Positions 37,806 to 48,447 of a DNA stretch of 64,000 bases are shown in pieces. Under the pieces are notes generated by a model. The model saw only the letters and a list, made by a program, of their open reading frames with translations, was not told where the DNA came from and searched no databases. Source of the stretch: an uncultured Chloroflexia bacterium (GTDB taxonomy: Bacteria; Chloroflexota; Limnocylindria; Limnocylindrales; CSP1-4); the NCBI GenBank assembly GCA_963746845.1, contig CAVVCZ010000004.1, positions 640,001 through 704,000 of the forward strand, in the 5' to 3' direction. The position numbers and the translations under genes are program-made. Position 1 is the first letter of the stretch, and each line of letters starts with the position of its first letter.

Positions 37806-40214
37806 GTGGACGCCCGGTCGATCGCGCTCCTGGAGTTCCCGGCCGTCCGCGAGCGCCTCGCGGACAAGACGTCGTTCCCGCCGTCGCGCCGGCTGGCCGA
37901 TGCACTCCTCCCGGAGAGCGACGCCGTCCTCGTCGCGCGCGGTCTCGACGAGACCGACCAGGCCCGCTCGCTCCTGTCCGAGCGCCCGGGTGTCGGGGTC
38001 GGGGCCGCCCACGACATCGGCCCGGCGATCGAGCGCGCGGCGCGCGGCGGCCGGCTCGATCCGGGGCAGTTCCTCGAGATCGCGGACACGCTCGATGCCA
38101 CGGCCCGGCTCCAGACGGCGCTGGCGGACGACCGGCGACCGCTGCTCCACGCCCTGGCCCGCGAGCTCCACGCGCTCCCCGCCATCCGCTCGACGCTCGC
38201 CCGCAGCTTCGACCCGGTCGGCGAGCTCCTCGACACGGCCTCGCCGCGGCTGGGCGGGCTCCGGGCGGCCGTCCGGGTCGCCTATGACCGTCTTCGTCGC
38301 CGCCTCGACGCCCTCGTCGGGTCGGAGCTCGGCGGTGCCCTCCAGGACCCGATCATCACCCTCCGCAACGGCCGCTACGTCGTGCCGGTCAAGGCCGAGG
38401 CGCGGGCGAGGGTCAAGGGGATCGTGCACGACGCCTCGGGCAGCGGCGCGACCCTCTTCGTCGAGCCGCTCGTCGCGGTCGAGCTGGGCAACGCCTGGCG
38501 CGAGGCGCAGGTGGCCGAGCAGGCGGAGGTCGAGCGGATCCTCGACGAGCTGTCGGCGCTCGTCGCCGCGAACGCGGGCCCGTTGCGGGAGACGCTCGAT
38601 GCGCTCGCCCGGTTCGACTTCTGGGCGGCGAAGGCGGGTCTGGCCGCCGATCTCGACGGGACGCGTGCGGAGACCGCGACCCGGCCCGAGGTCATCCTCC
38701 TGGGCGCCCGCCATCCGGGTCTGAGCGGGCGCGTGATCCCGATCGACATCCGTCTCGGCGACGGCTACACCGCGCTCGTGGTGACCGGGCCGAACACCGG
38801 CGGCAAGACGGTGACGCTGCGGACGCTCGGGCTGCTCGCGCTGATGCACCAGGCCGGGCTGCACGTCCCGGCCGACGCCGGCTCGCGGCTGCCGGTCTTC
38901 CACGACGTCTTCGCCGACATCGGGGACGAGCAGTCGATCGCGCAGAGCCTCTCGACCTTCTCCGGCCACCTCCGCTCGATCACCCGGATCGTGGAGGCCG
39001 CCGGACCGGGCACGCTGGTGCTGCTCGACGAGCTCGGCGCCGGGACCGACCCCACGGAGGGCTCGGCGCTCGCGCAGGCGCTCCTCGACCACTTCATCCG
39101 GGCGGGCGCGCTCGTCGCGGCGACCACCCACTACGCGGAGCTGAAGGCGTACGCGCACACGACAGGTGGCGCACGGAACGCGTCCGTCGAGTTCGACCTC
39201 GAGACGCTGTCGCCGACGTACCGGCTGACGATCGGGCTGCCCGGCGGCAGCCAGGCTTTCGCGATCGCCGAGCGTCTCGGGCTCGCGCCGGTCATCGTCG
39301 CGGACGCACGGTCGCGGCTGTCGGAGAACCAGCGCGCGTTCGAGGAGACGCTCGCGCGGATCCGGGAGACGGAGGGCGAGACGAGCGAGGCGCTCGAGCG
39401 GGCCCGGGCGGCCGAGGCGCGCGCGGCCGACGCCCTGCGCACGGCCGACGACGAACGCCGCCGCGCGCGTCGCGAGCGGGACGAAGCGGTGCGAGCGGCC
39501 CGGGTCGAGGCCGAGCAGCTCGTCGACACCATCCGCGACGAGGTCCGCGCGACCCGTCAGGCCCTCGAGCGCGAGACCGTGACGGCGCCCTCGCTGGACG
39601 CGGCCGTGGCCCGGGCCGAGGCTCAGCTGGCGCGTCTCCCGGGCGGTCCCGACGGTGCCGGGGCCGCCGTCGAGGTCCCGTCGCCGCCGGTCGAGCGCGT
39701 CTGGCAGCTCGGCGAACGGGCTCGGAGCCGGAACGGCGGCTGGGAAGGGCGGATCGCGGCCCTCGAGAAGGGCGGCAAGCGGGCGACGCTCGAGTCGGGC
39801 GGGATGCGGATCAGCGTCGCGACCGACGACCTGGATCCCGTGGCGACGCCGCCGCCACCGATCGACGAGGACACGACGATCGGGCGCAATGCGCGGATCA
39901 CGCGCTCCTCGTCAGGCGGCCGCAGCCGGGGCGCGAGCGGGATCGGGGCGCTCCAGCTGGACCGGGCGCGCTCGGTGGCGTCGTCGCTGGACCTGCGCGG
40001 TGCGCGGGTGGACGAGGCGCTCGACGCGCTCGACCGCTACCTCGACGACGCGGCGCTCGCGGGTCTCGACCAGGTTGTCGTGATCCACGGGCTCGGCACG
40101 GGCGCCCTCCGCGATGCCGTGCGCGATCGGGCGTCGGCGCATCCACTGGTGAGCTCCACGCGCCCGGGCGAGCGGGGTGAGGGCGGCGACGGGGCGACGA
40201 TCCTCAAGCTCTGA
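37806..40214 (+). CDS. mutS2: MutS2 with C-terminal Smr domain
   Basis: TGPNTGGKT, DIGDEQS, LLDELGAGTDP, LDLRG...IHGLGTGALR. Confidence 0.95.
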   Translation: MDARSIALLEFPAVRERLADKTSFPPSRRLADALLPESDAVLVARGLDETDQARSLLSERPGVGVGAAHDIGPAIERAARGGRLDPGQFLEIADTLDATARLQTALADDRRPLLHALARELHALPAIRSTLARSFDPVGELLDTASPRLGGLRAAVRVAYDRLRRRLDALVGSELGGALQDPIITLRNGRYVVPVKAEARARVKGIVHDASGSGATLFVEPLVAVELGNAWREAQVAEQAEVERILDELSALVAANAGPLRETLDALARFDFWAAKAGLAADLDGTRAETATRPEVILLGARHPGLSGRVIPIDIRLGDGYTALVVTGPNTGGKTVTLRTLGLLALMHQAGLHVPADAGSRLPVFHDVFADIGDEQSIAQSLSTFSGHLRSITRIVEAAGPGTLVLLDELGAGTDPTEGSALAQALLDHFIRAGALVAATTHYAELKAYAHTTGGARNASVEFDLETLSPTYRLTIGLPGGSQAFAIAERLGLAPVIVADARSRLSENQRAFEETLARIRETEGETSEALERARAAEARAADALRTADDERRRARRERDEAVRAARVEAEQLVDTIRDEVRATRQALERETVTAPSLDAAVARAEAQLARLPGGPDGAGAAVEVPSPPVERVWQLGERARSRNGGWEGRIAALEKGGKRATLESGGMRISVATDDLDPVATPPPPIDEDTTIGRNARITRSSSGGRSRGASGIGALQLDRARSVASSLDLRGARVDEALDALDRYLDDAALAGLDQVVVIHGLGTGALRDAVRDRASAHPLVSSTRPGERGEGGDGATILKL

Positions 40215-40261
40215 TCGTGCGCCGGGCTCGCCCGTCGACCGCGCCGCCGCGCGGCCGCCCG

Positions 40262-42983
40262 TCAGGGCTTCGGCGTCCTCGGCGGCTGACCGTTGCCCGG
40301 GTTTGGTGTTGGCGGCGTCGGGTCGCCCGGGTTCCCGGGTGGCGGACAGAACAGGCCGAACGGGTTGTCGCACGGCGGCGGCTCGACCGGTGGTGGCGCG
40401 AGCGGGCAGAGCTGGGTCGGGGCGAAGATTCCGCCCCACGTGCGCCCGAACGGGAAGAACCCCGTGCCGTAGAAGTACGACGTGCGCGTGCTCTTGAGCC
40501 CGCCGCCGCGTCCGGAGCCCCGGGCGGCCCGCTTCATCCAGTTGTTGTCCGCCCGCTGCCAGTTGGCGTGGCCCGCGTCGACCTGGCTGTAGTCGAGCGC
40601 GCCGACCGTCTTCATCGGCCCGACGCACCCGTCCTGCCAGAGCAGACCGCTCGCCGCGTCGATGTCGACGGAGCGGTGGAAGTCGTCGGTCTGGGTCGGC
40701 TCCGTCCCGGCGACGAAGAGCTCCTTGATGGTCTTCCCGGTGAACGGACCGGGCTTGTAGCCGGTGAATCGCGTCGACGGTCGCCGTCACCAGGCCCTTC
40801 GGCGGCTTGAAGGTCGCGATCGGCGAGCCCTTCGTGACGTCGGTCATGATCCGCGACCAGAGCGGCGCCGACGAGCCGAGCGACAGCGTGTCGGTGTCGG
40901 GCGAGTTGTCGCTGTTGCCCATCCAGACGCCCACGACGATCGCCGGCGCCTTCGGATCCTTCGGCGGCGCGACGAAGCCGTAGGCGTGGACGTCGCGGTT
41001 GTCGTTCGTCGTGCCCGTCTTGTAGGCGGCCGGGCGACGCGACCCGCCGTCCGTGACCGACCACTCACCCCAGAACGGGTTCGTCTTCGGGTCGGTGTTG
41101 CCCGCGAGGATGTCCGTCATGATGTAGGCGGTCTGCGGGCTGATCACGGCCTTGCCCTTGGCCGGCTTGGCAGCCGGATCCGGCCAGATCACCTTCCCGT
41201 TGGCGTCGACGACCTTCAGGATCGTCGTGCGCGCCATCAGCTTGCCGCCGTCCGCGATCGCGCCGTACGCGCTGATCATGTCGATCGGGTGGACCTCGAG
41301 GGTGCCGATCGCCATCGACGTGACCGGCACGGAGCCCGGCACATAGTGGATGCCGAAGTCCTTCGAGCGGTCGTAGAAGTGCTTGAGTCCGTTCATCAGG
41401 CCGGCCTTGATCGAGGGGATGTTCAGCGAGAACTGGAGCGCCTCCCGGAGACGGACCGGGCCACGTTCCAGCTTGTCGGCCTGGGTCGGGATGAAGTTGC
41501 CGCCGAAGTTCGTGGTCACGTCCATGAACAGCGTTGCCGCCGTCATCGTCCCGTCCTCGATCCCGATCGAATAGTTGATCGGCTTGATCGACGATCCGGG
41601 CTGGCGCCAGCCGTCGGAGAGGACGTCGAACTGGGGCTGGAACTTCTTCGTCGGTCGAGCGTTGAAGCTCGCCGAGCCGGCATAGGCGAGGACCTGGCCC
41701 GTCCGGTAGTCGAGGACCGCCGACGCGGCGTTGTGGAGGTTCTTGCCCTTCAGGTTCTGGATCCAGCTCCAGTCCTTGCTCGGGATCTTCAGGTTCTTCA
41801 GCGTCGTCCGGGTGCCGGTGTGGTTCGGGGCCCAGGCGGCGGCGTACAGCCACTTCTCGACCGTCGACTGCATCTTCGTGTCGAGCGTCGTCGTGACCCG
41901 GTAGCCGCCCGTGTCGATCTTGTCGCACTGGTCGACCGCGACGTCGGGACAGAGGATGCCGCCGAGCTCCTGGCGGACCTGGAGGACGAACTGCGGGGCC
42001 CGCCAGTGGTTCCCGAGCTGCGGCGCGAGGACGATCGGCTCGTCCTTGGCCTGCTCGTACTCGTCGGTCGTGTGGTGTGATCCGGACAGCGGGCTGCGGC
42101 TCTTCATCAGATCCAGGACGTAGTTCCGGCGCTTGTAGATCTCGGAGTTCGGATCGACGACGAGACTGAGCTTCTTCGCGTCGCAGCTGTCGGCGTCGAC
42201 ATTCGGCGTCGCGCAGACCTCCTGGGCGTTCCGGACGAGGTCGTACGCGGTCGGCGACTGGGGGATCGCCGCGAGGACGGCCATCTGGGCCAGCGTCAGG
42301 TCCTTGAGGTTCTTGTTGAAGTACGTGTGGGCGGCCGCCTTCACCCCGTAGCTCTGGTTCCCGTAGAAGTTCTGGTTGAGGTAGGCGGTGATGATCTCCT
42401 GCTTGCCCTCCTCACCCGGATAGGCCTGGGTGAGACGGAGCGACTGGATGATCTCGCGGATCTTCCGCTCCTCGCGGGAGCCGTTGAAGGCCTCCGCGGG
42501 CAGAAGCCGCGCCCGGACCAGCTGCTGGGTGATGGTCGATCCGCCGCGGGGATGGCCGGACAGCGTGTCGACGGTGGCGGAGACGAAGCCCGCGATGTCG
42601 AAGCCGGGGTTTGACCAGAAGTCCTTGTCCTCGATCGCGGTCGTGGCGTCGAGCAGCTCGGGTGGCAGCTCGTCGTAGGTCACGACCTCGCGCTTGAACT
42701 CGCCGAGCTTGGCGAGCTCGGCCTTGCCGGTCCGGTCGGTGATCGTCGTCTGCTGGTCGAAGCTGAGCTCGCTCAACGTGTGCTTTGGGTCCGGCAGGCC
42801 CTGGCTGTAGTAGTTGTAGGCGGCCGCGACCGCGACGAGGCCCGCCAGGCCGATCAGGAGGAAGACGGCCAGAAGCAGGATCGGGATGGCGATGAGGACT
42901 CGACGAAGGGTCGACGAGCCGCCAGGCCGTCCGCGTCCGACGCCGCGCCGATGGCGCTGACGCCGCGCGAGGCTGGTCTGCAT
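40262..42983 (-). CDS. class A penicillin-binding protein (transglycosylase-transpeptidase); +1 frameshift near 40769
   Basis: EDKDF, GGSTITQQL, RKIRE, YLNQ, QPGSSIKP, SLN, KTGT; removing one base at about 40769 continues VDAFTGYKPG...ELFVAGTEP...DAASG to the stop at 40262. Confidence 0.9.
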
Positions 42984-43060
42984 GTCGGGCCGCACGATAG
43001 CATAGGGGTCGTGGAGGTCCCCCCTGTCCAGACGGTCGAGACGGCTCGGCCGCGGGTCCT

Positions 43061-44398
43061 GTGACGCCCGCCGGCGGCGCGGCGGAGGCTCCTCCGACGC
43101 TCGCGACGCTCCTCGACGAGCTCGAATGGCGCGGGATGCTCCACGGCTCGACGCCGGGGCTGCCGGCCCGTCTCGCGAGCGGGCGGCCCATCGCCGGCTA
43201 CAACGGGTTCGACCCGTCGGGGCCGTCGCTCCATGTCGGCCATCTCGTGCCGATCTTCGGGCTGCTCCAGTTCCAGCGGCACGGCGGGCGGCCGGTGGCG
43301 CTGCTCGGCGGCGGGACGGGGATGATCGGCGACCCGTCGGGCCGGTCCGACGAGCGCAACCTGCTCGACCGCGAGACGCTCGCGGCGAACGTGGCGGCGA
43401 TCAGCGTGCAGCTGGAGCGGTTCCTCGACTTCAGTCCGGCCGCCGGGGACCGCGGCGCGATCCTCGTGAACAACCTCGACTGGCTCGCGGGGATCGGGCT
43501 GATCGACTGGCTTCGGGATGTCGGCAAGCACTTCACGATCCCGTACATGCTGGCCAAGGACTCGGTGACGACCCGGATGGATCGCGGCCTGTCGTTCACC
43601 GAGTTCAGCTACATGCTGATCCAGGCGACCGATTACGAGCATCTCCACCGGACGATGGGCGTCGACCTCCAGATGGGCGGGGCCGACCAGTGGGGGAACA
43701 TCACCGCGGGGCTCGAGCTGATCCGGCGCCGGGCGGGGCTGGTCGACGAGGACGGTGACCGCGGGGCGGACGAGCCGGCTCATGGGCTCGCGTACCGGCT
43801 TCTGCTGTCGCCGTCCGGCGCGAAGTTCGGCAAGACCGAGGGCGGGACATCGGTCTGGCTGGATGCCGAGCGGACCTCGCCGTACGCGTTCTACCAGTAC
43901 TGGCTGAACACGGACGACCGCGACGCCGGCACGTACCTGCGCTGGTTCACGCTGCTCGGACGCGAGGAGATCGAGGCGCTCGAGGCGGAGATGGCCACGG
44001 CCCCCGAAACGCGAGTGGCGCAGCGCGCGCTCGCGCGGGACATCACCGAACGGACCCACGGAGCGGAGGCAGCGGAGCATGCCGCAGCTGACAGTGGGGC
44101 GATCTTCGCCGAAGCCGACCCGGCCGATCCAGCGCAGCTCGCGCGTCTGTTCGGGAACGTCAATTCCTTCGAATTCACCCGCGACCAGCTTGGCCTCGGC
44201 TCGGCCGCGTTTGCGGCAGGCACGGCCATCTACCCGTCGACCTCGGAAGCCCGTCGCGCGATCCAGCAGGGCAGCCTCTGGATCAACGGTGAGCAGATCG
44301 CGTCGTTCGATGCCCCGGTTCCGCCTCCCATCGCCGGTGAGTTCGTCGTTGTCCGGACGGGAAAGCGCAAGAAGAAGATCGGTCGCATCAAGGCGTGA
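43061..44398 (+). CDS. tyrS: tyrosine--tRNA ligase
   Basis: GFDPSGPSLHVGH, QMGGADQWGNI, KFGKT, S4 domain ending GKRK. Confidence 0.96.
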   Translation: MTPAGGAAEAPPTLATLLDELEWRGMLHGSTPGLPARLASGRPIAGYNGFDPSGPSLHVGHLVPIFGLLQFQRHGGRPVALLGGGTGMIGDPSGRSDERNLLDRETLAANVAAISVQLERFLDFSPAAGDRGAILVNNLDWLAGIGLIDWLRDVGKHFTIPYMLAKDSVTTRMDRGLSFTEFSYMLIQATDYEHLHRTMGVDLQMGGADQWGNITAGLELIRRRAGLVDEDGDRGADEPAHGLAYRLLLSPSGAKFGKTEGGTSVWLDAERTSPYAFYQYWLNTDDRDAGTYLRWFTLLGREEIEALEAEMATAPETRVAQRALARDITERTHGAEAAEHAAADSGAIFAEADPADPAQLARLFGNVNSFEFTRDQLGLGSAAFAAGTAIYPSTSEARRAIQQGSLWINGEQIASFDAPVPPPIAGEFVVVRTGKRKKKIGRIKA

Positions 44399-44408
44399 GC
44401 TTGTCGCC

Positions 44409-44549
44409 CTGATCGCGCCTCATCCGAGTTGCGGATCGGATCCGAGGATGGCCCGCTCGGTGGGCTGCGCTCCGGCTCGCACTCACGCAGGCACGGCTCC
44501 AGGACGATCCGAGTTGCGGATGCGTCCGCGCGCGTGAGGCGCTGATCAG
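44409..44549. repeat. MITE/REPIN-like element: 14-bp terminal inverted repeats plus two internal 15-bp copies
   Basis: CTGATCGCGCCTCA (44409-44422) vs TGAGGCGCTGATCAG (44535-44549); ATCCGAGTTGCGGAT at 44422 and 44507. Confidence 0.5.
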
Positions 44550-45217
44550 CCAGTGTGGCGCCCGCGCAGGACGTCGATCACCGCCGACGGGGTGAGGCCC
44601 CGTTCCGCGAGCAGGACGAGGGCGTGATAGAGGAGGTCGGCCGTCTCGCCGGCCACCGCGTCACGCGTGGCCGTCCGGTCGTCGGCGACGCGTTCGGCCG
44701 CCGCGTCGTCCTTGGCCGCGATCAGGACCTCGGTGGCCTCCTCGGTGACCTTGCGCCCGGCGGCATCCACGCCGCCGTCGAGGAGGCTCGTGGTGTACGA
44801 GCCCTCGGGCCGGTCGGTCGCGCGCGAGGCGATCGTGTCCCATAGCCCCTCGAGCCAGCCGAAGCCCTGGGTCGTGGGCTCGGCCGGCGCGCCGTCCGGG
44901 TCGAAGCAGCTCCGCGTGTCGCGGTGACACGTCGGCCCGATCGGCTCGACGGCGAGCAGGATCGCGTCGGCATCGCAATCGAGGACGACGTCGCGGACCA
45001 CCAGCTCGTGGCCCGAGGACTCACCCTTCCGCCACAGCCGGTCGCGCGTGCGCGAATGGAAGTGGACGAGGCCGGTCTCGCAGGTGACCCGCCACGCCTC
45101 CTCGTCCATCCAGCCGAGCATCAGCACCCGCCCGTCCGCGACATCCTGGACGATCGCCGGGGCGAGGCCGTTCGGGCCCCACAGCGGCGTGGTGCGGTGG
45201 GTCGTCGCCCCGGTCAT
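44546..45217 (-). CDS. hisIE: bifunctional phosphoribosyl-AMP cyclohydrolase / phosphoribosyl-ATP diphosphatase
   Basis: [39 protein letters not shown]. Confidence 0.95.
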   Translation of the reverse strand: MTGATTHRTTPLWGPNGLAPAIVQDVADGRVLMLGWMDEEAWRVTCETGLVHFHSRTRDRLWRKGESSGHELVVRDVVLDCDADAILLAVEPIGPTCHRDTRSCFDPDGAPAEPTTQGFGWLEGLWDTIASRATDRPEGSYTTSLLDGGVDAAGRKVTEEATEVLIAAKDDAAAERVADDRTATRDAVAGETADLLYHALVLLAERGLTPSAVIDVLRGRHTG

Positions 45218-46017
45218 GCCGCGGCACCCGCCGCCAGCCGGACCGGGATCCCGGCGGCGCCCATCGCCCGCTTGACGTCGGCGATCGAGTGGAGCCGCCG
45301 GTGGAAGATCGAGGCGGCGAGCACGGCGTCCACACCACCCTCGCGGATCGCGGCGACGAAGTCGGCAGGGCCCGCGGCGCCACCGGAGGCGATCACCGGC
45401 ACGTGCACGCGATCCGTGATCGCGCGCAGGAGGTCCGTGTCGAAGCCGGAGCGGGTGCCGTCGCGGTCGATCGAGGTCACGAGCAGCTCGCCCGCGCCGA
45501 GATCGACGACGCGCTCGGCCCACGCGATCGCGTCGAGGCCCGTCGGCGTCCGCCCGCCCTGGACGACGACCTCCCAGACCGCGAGGGCGTCGCCGTCCGC
45601 GCCTCCGCCCTCCGCGCGGCGGCGCGCGTCGATCGCCACGACGACCGCCTGGCGCCCGAACCGGACGGCGCAGCGCGACACGAGCGTCGGATCGGCGACC
45701 GCGGCCGTGTTCAAGGAGACCTTGTCGGCGCCGGCCCGGAGGACGTCACGCATGTCGCGGACGCTCCGGACACCACCGCCGACCGTGAGCGGGATGAACG
45801 CGCGACGCGCCGTGCGCTCGACGATGTCGAGCAGCGTTCCGCGGCCCTCGGGGGCCGCGGTGATGTCGAGGAAGACGAGCTCGTCGGCGCCCTCGGCCGC
45901 GTAGCGCTCGGCGAGCTCCGGCGGGTCGCCTTCGTCGACCAGGTCGACGAAGCGGGTGCCCTTCACGACGCGGCCGTTCGCGACATCGAGGCAGGGGATG
46001 ACGCGGCGGCGGAGCAT
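45214..46017 (-). CDS. hisF: imidazole glycerol phosphate synthase, cyclase subunit
   Basis: RVIPCLDV...[24 protein letters not shown]. Confidence 0.97.
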   Translation of the reverse strand: MLRRRVIPCLDVANGRVVKGTRFVDLVDEGDPPELAERYAAEGADELVFLDITAAPEGRGTLLDIVERTARRAFIPLTVGGGVRSVRDMRDVLRAGADKVSLNTAAVADPTLVSRCAVRFGRQAVVVAIDARRRAEGGGADGDALAVWEVVVQGGRTPTGLDAIAWAERVVDLGAGELLVTSIDRDGTRSGFDTDLLRAITDRVHVPVIASGGAAGPADFVAAIREGGVDAVLAASIFHRRLHSIADVKRAMGAAGIPVRLAAGAAA

Positions 46018-46688
46018 CAGGCGCTCGCGGCGGCGGCGGGGCGGGGCAGGCCCGCCCAGCTCCCGTCCCGGACCAGCCCGACGGCGTTCGCGAGCAGCCG
46101 CAGGCCGTCCGCGCCGCTCCGCTCGGGGTGGAACTGGACTCCGAGCACGTTGTTGCGCGCCACGGCGCTCACGAACGGGGCACCGTGCGTCGTCCGCGCG
46201 AGGGTCATGTCGTCCGCGTCGGGTCCGGCCGGGACACCGGCGTACGAGTGGACGAAGTAGGCGTCCGCACCGTCCGGGATCCCCGCGAACACGGGGTGGT
46301 CGCGCGTCCGCTCGACCTGGTTCCAGCCGATGTGGGGGAGCGTCGGCGCGGCGCGGATCAGCGAGGTGCGCCCGGCGAGGACACCGAGCGTCTCGGCGCC
46401 GTCCTCGTCACTGCCCTCGAACAGGAGCTGGAGCCCGAGGCAGATCCCGAGGTACGGCCGCCCGGCGTCGATCCAGGACCGGATCGCGGTTGCGAGGCCG
46501 CGCCGCTCGAGACGGTCCATCGCCGGCGCCGCGGCACCGACGCCGGGGACGACGAGCAGGTCGGCATCCCGGATCGCCTCCGGATCCCGCGCGACGACGA
46601 CCGTGGCACCGACGGTGATCAGCGCCTGGTCGATGCTCACGAGGTTGCCGGCGCCGTAGTCGACGACCGCGACGAGCGGGCTGCTCAC
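46017..46688 (-). CDS. hisH: imidazole glycerol phosphate synthase, glutaminase subunit
   Basis: DYGAGNL, PGVG, GICLGLQ, PHIGWN, YFVHSY, QFHPERS. Confidence 0.96.
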   Translation of the reverse strand: MSSPLVAVVDYGAGNLVSIDQALITVGATVVVARDPEAIRDADLLVVPGVGAAAPAMDRLERRGLATAIRSWIDAGRPYLGICLGLQLLFEGSDEDGAETLGVLAGRTSLIRAAPTLPHIGWNQVERTRDHPVFAGIPDGADAYFVHSYAGVPAGPDADDMTLARTTHGAPFVSAVARNNVLGVQFHPERSGADGLRLLANAVGLVRDGSWAGLPRPAAAASA

Positions 46689-47308
46689 GTCGAGCCCTTC
46701 GTCGAGGCCACTCCCCGGCGACGCGGATCCGGGGCGACGGCGGCGCGCAGCGCCCGGCCGAGGGCCTTGAACGCGGCCTCGGCCAGGTGGTGGTCGATCC
46801 TGCCGGTTCCACGCACGTGGAGCGTGGCACCCGCGGTTCGGGCGAATGCCTCGAGAGCATGCTCGACGAGCTGGAGCGACAGCTCCCCGGCCCGCTCGCC
46901 GCGGAACGGGAGGTCGATCACGGCGTACGGCCGGCCGCCGACGTCGACGACCGCCGTCGCGATGGACTCGTCCATCGGCACGCTGGCATCGCCGAACCGC
47001 TGAATCCCCGATCGGTCGCCGAGCGCATCGGCGACCGCCGACCCGAGGACCAGTGCGACGTCCTCGACGGTGTGGTGGTCGTCGATCTCGAGGTCGCCGC
47101 GGGCCCGGATCGTGAGGTCGAACAGCCCGTGATGGGCGAACGAGCCGAGCAGGTGGTCGTAGAAGCCGACCCCCGTCCGGATGTCGGCGTCGCCGGACCC
47201 GTCGAGGTCGAGCGTGACCGTCACGTCTGTCTCTCGGGTGGTCCGGGAGACGGTGACCCGGCGGTCGGTGCGGGCGCTGACCGAGATCGTGCCGAGCGGG
47301 GTCGTCAT
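46685..47308 (-). CDS. hisB: imidazoleglycerol-phosphate dehydratase
   Basis: RTTRET, DDHHTVED, PMDE, DHHLAEAAFK, STKG. Confidence 0.96.
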   Translation of the reverse strand: MTTPLGTISVSARTDRRVTVSRTTRETDVTVTLDLDGSGDADIRTGVGFYDHLLGSFAHHGLFDLTIRARGDLEIDDHHTVEDVALVLGSAVADALGDRSGIQRFGDASVPMDESIATAVVDVGGRPYAVIDLPFRGERAGELSLQLVEHALEAFARTAGATLHVRGTGRIDHHLAEAAFKALGRALRAAVAPDPRRRGVASTKGST

Positions 47309-48447
47309 CGGGCGGCTCCCTCGATCTCGCGGGCGGCCGCGGCCAGGCGCGCGTTGCCCGCGCGATCACGGATCGTGAGGCGGAGGCAGTGGGCGAGCGG
47401 ATGACCCGCCGCGAACGTCCGCGGGACGAGGCCGCGCTGCAGCATCCCCGTCGCCACGGCGGCGGCGCGTTCGGCCGTTCCGAAGTCGACGAGCAGGAAG
47501 TTGGTCACGGACGGCCCGACGTTCCAGCCGGCATCGCGGAGCTCGCCCGCCAGGCGATCGCGTTCCGCGTCCACCCGCGCGACGTTCGCCGCCATCCCGC
47601 GCGGATCGGCGAGCGCCGCGGTGACGACGGACACGCTGACGGTCGAGATCGAGCCGGGTGGCCGATACGGGGCGATCCGGGCGATCGTCTCGGGCCGCGC
47701 GACCGCGAACCCGACGCGCAGACCGGCCAGCGCGTAGGCCTTGCTCGCGGTTCGGACGACGACGAGGTTCGGGTGCTCGTGGCGCAGGTCGAGAAGCGTC
47801 GAGCCGACGAACTCCGCGTACGCCTCGTCGAGGACGACGACGGCCGGCGTGCGGCCAGCGGACGCGGCGTCGGCGGCGACGCCGCCGAGGAGCTCGGCGA
47901 TCGTGCCGTCCGGCTCCGGCAGCGCCGTGGGGTTGTTCGGGCTGCACAGCCAGACGACGTCGGCGACGGCGGCCGCGGCGCGCGTCCCGGGGATGTCGAT
48001 CCGATAGCCGTCGGCCGGACCCAGGCGGGGGACGAGGACGGCCGCGGCGCCGCGCTGCTCCGTGATGACCCGATACATCGCATAGGTCGGCGCGGGGACG
48101 ACCGCACGACCGCCGGCCGGCAGGAACGCCTTGCCGATCAGGTCGAGGATCTCGTCCGCGCCCGCGCCGACGAGAAGCTCGTCGGTCCCGACCCCGTAGA
48201 CGCGGGCCGCGGTCTCGATCAGGCGGCGGTAGTCGGACGGCGGGTATTCGGACAGCGGCGCCTCGAACGCCCCGGCCGCGAGGATCTCGCTCACCAGCTC
48301 CGGCGGGGCCGGCGAGGTGTTCAGATCGAATCGGAGGATCTCGGTGATCGGAAGCCCGAACCGGGCGGCCACCTCCTCGTCGGTCGCCTCCCAGGTGTAG
48401 GTCGCGGGCTGGGTCGGGAGGTTCGTGGTCACCGGCGTCGGGCTCAT
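47305..48447 (-). CDS. hisC: histidinol-phosphate aminotransferase
   Basis: GADE, CSPNNPT, DEAYAEF, RTASKAYALAGLRVG. Confidence 0.93.
   Translation of the reverse strand: MSPTPVTTNLPTQPATYTWEATDEEVAARFGLPITEILRFDLNTSPAPPELVSEILAAGAFEAPLSEYPPSDYRRLIETAARVYGVGTDELLVGAGADEILDLIGKAFLPAGGRAVVPAPTYAMYRVITEQRGAAAVLVPRLGPADGYRIDIPGTRAAAAVADVVWLCSPNNPTALPEPDGTIAELLGGVAADAASAGRTPAVVVLDEAYAEFVGSTLLDLRHEHPNLVVVRTASKAYALAGLRVGFAVARPETIARIAPYRPPGSISTVSVSVVTAALADPRGMAANVARVDAERDRLAGELRDAGWNVGPSVTNFLLVDFGTAERAAAVATGMLQRGLVPRTFAAGHPLAHCLRLTIRDRAGNARLAAAAREIEGAAR

Noticed and set aside
100-40775. Three frameshifts (about 110, 24896 and 40769) as programmed recoding or pseudogenes
   Set aside because: Each is a single-base indel with no slippery sequence, and both halves are otherwise intact, including a class A PBP. 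Long-read consensus error is the simplest explanation; check the raw reads.
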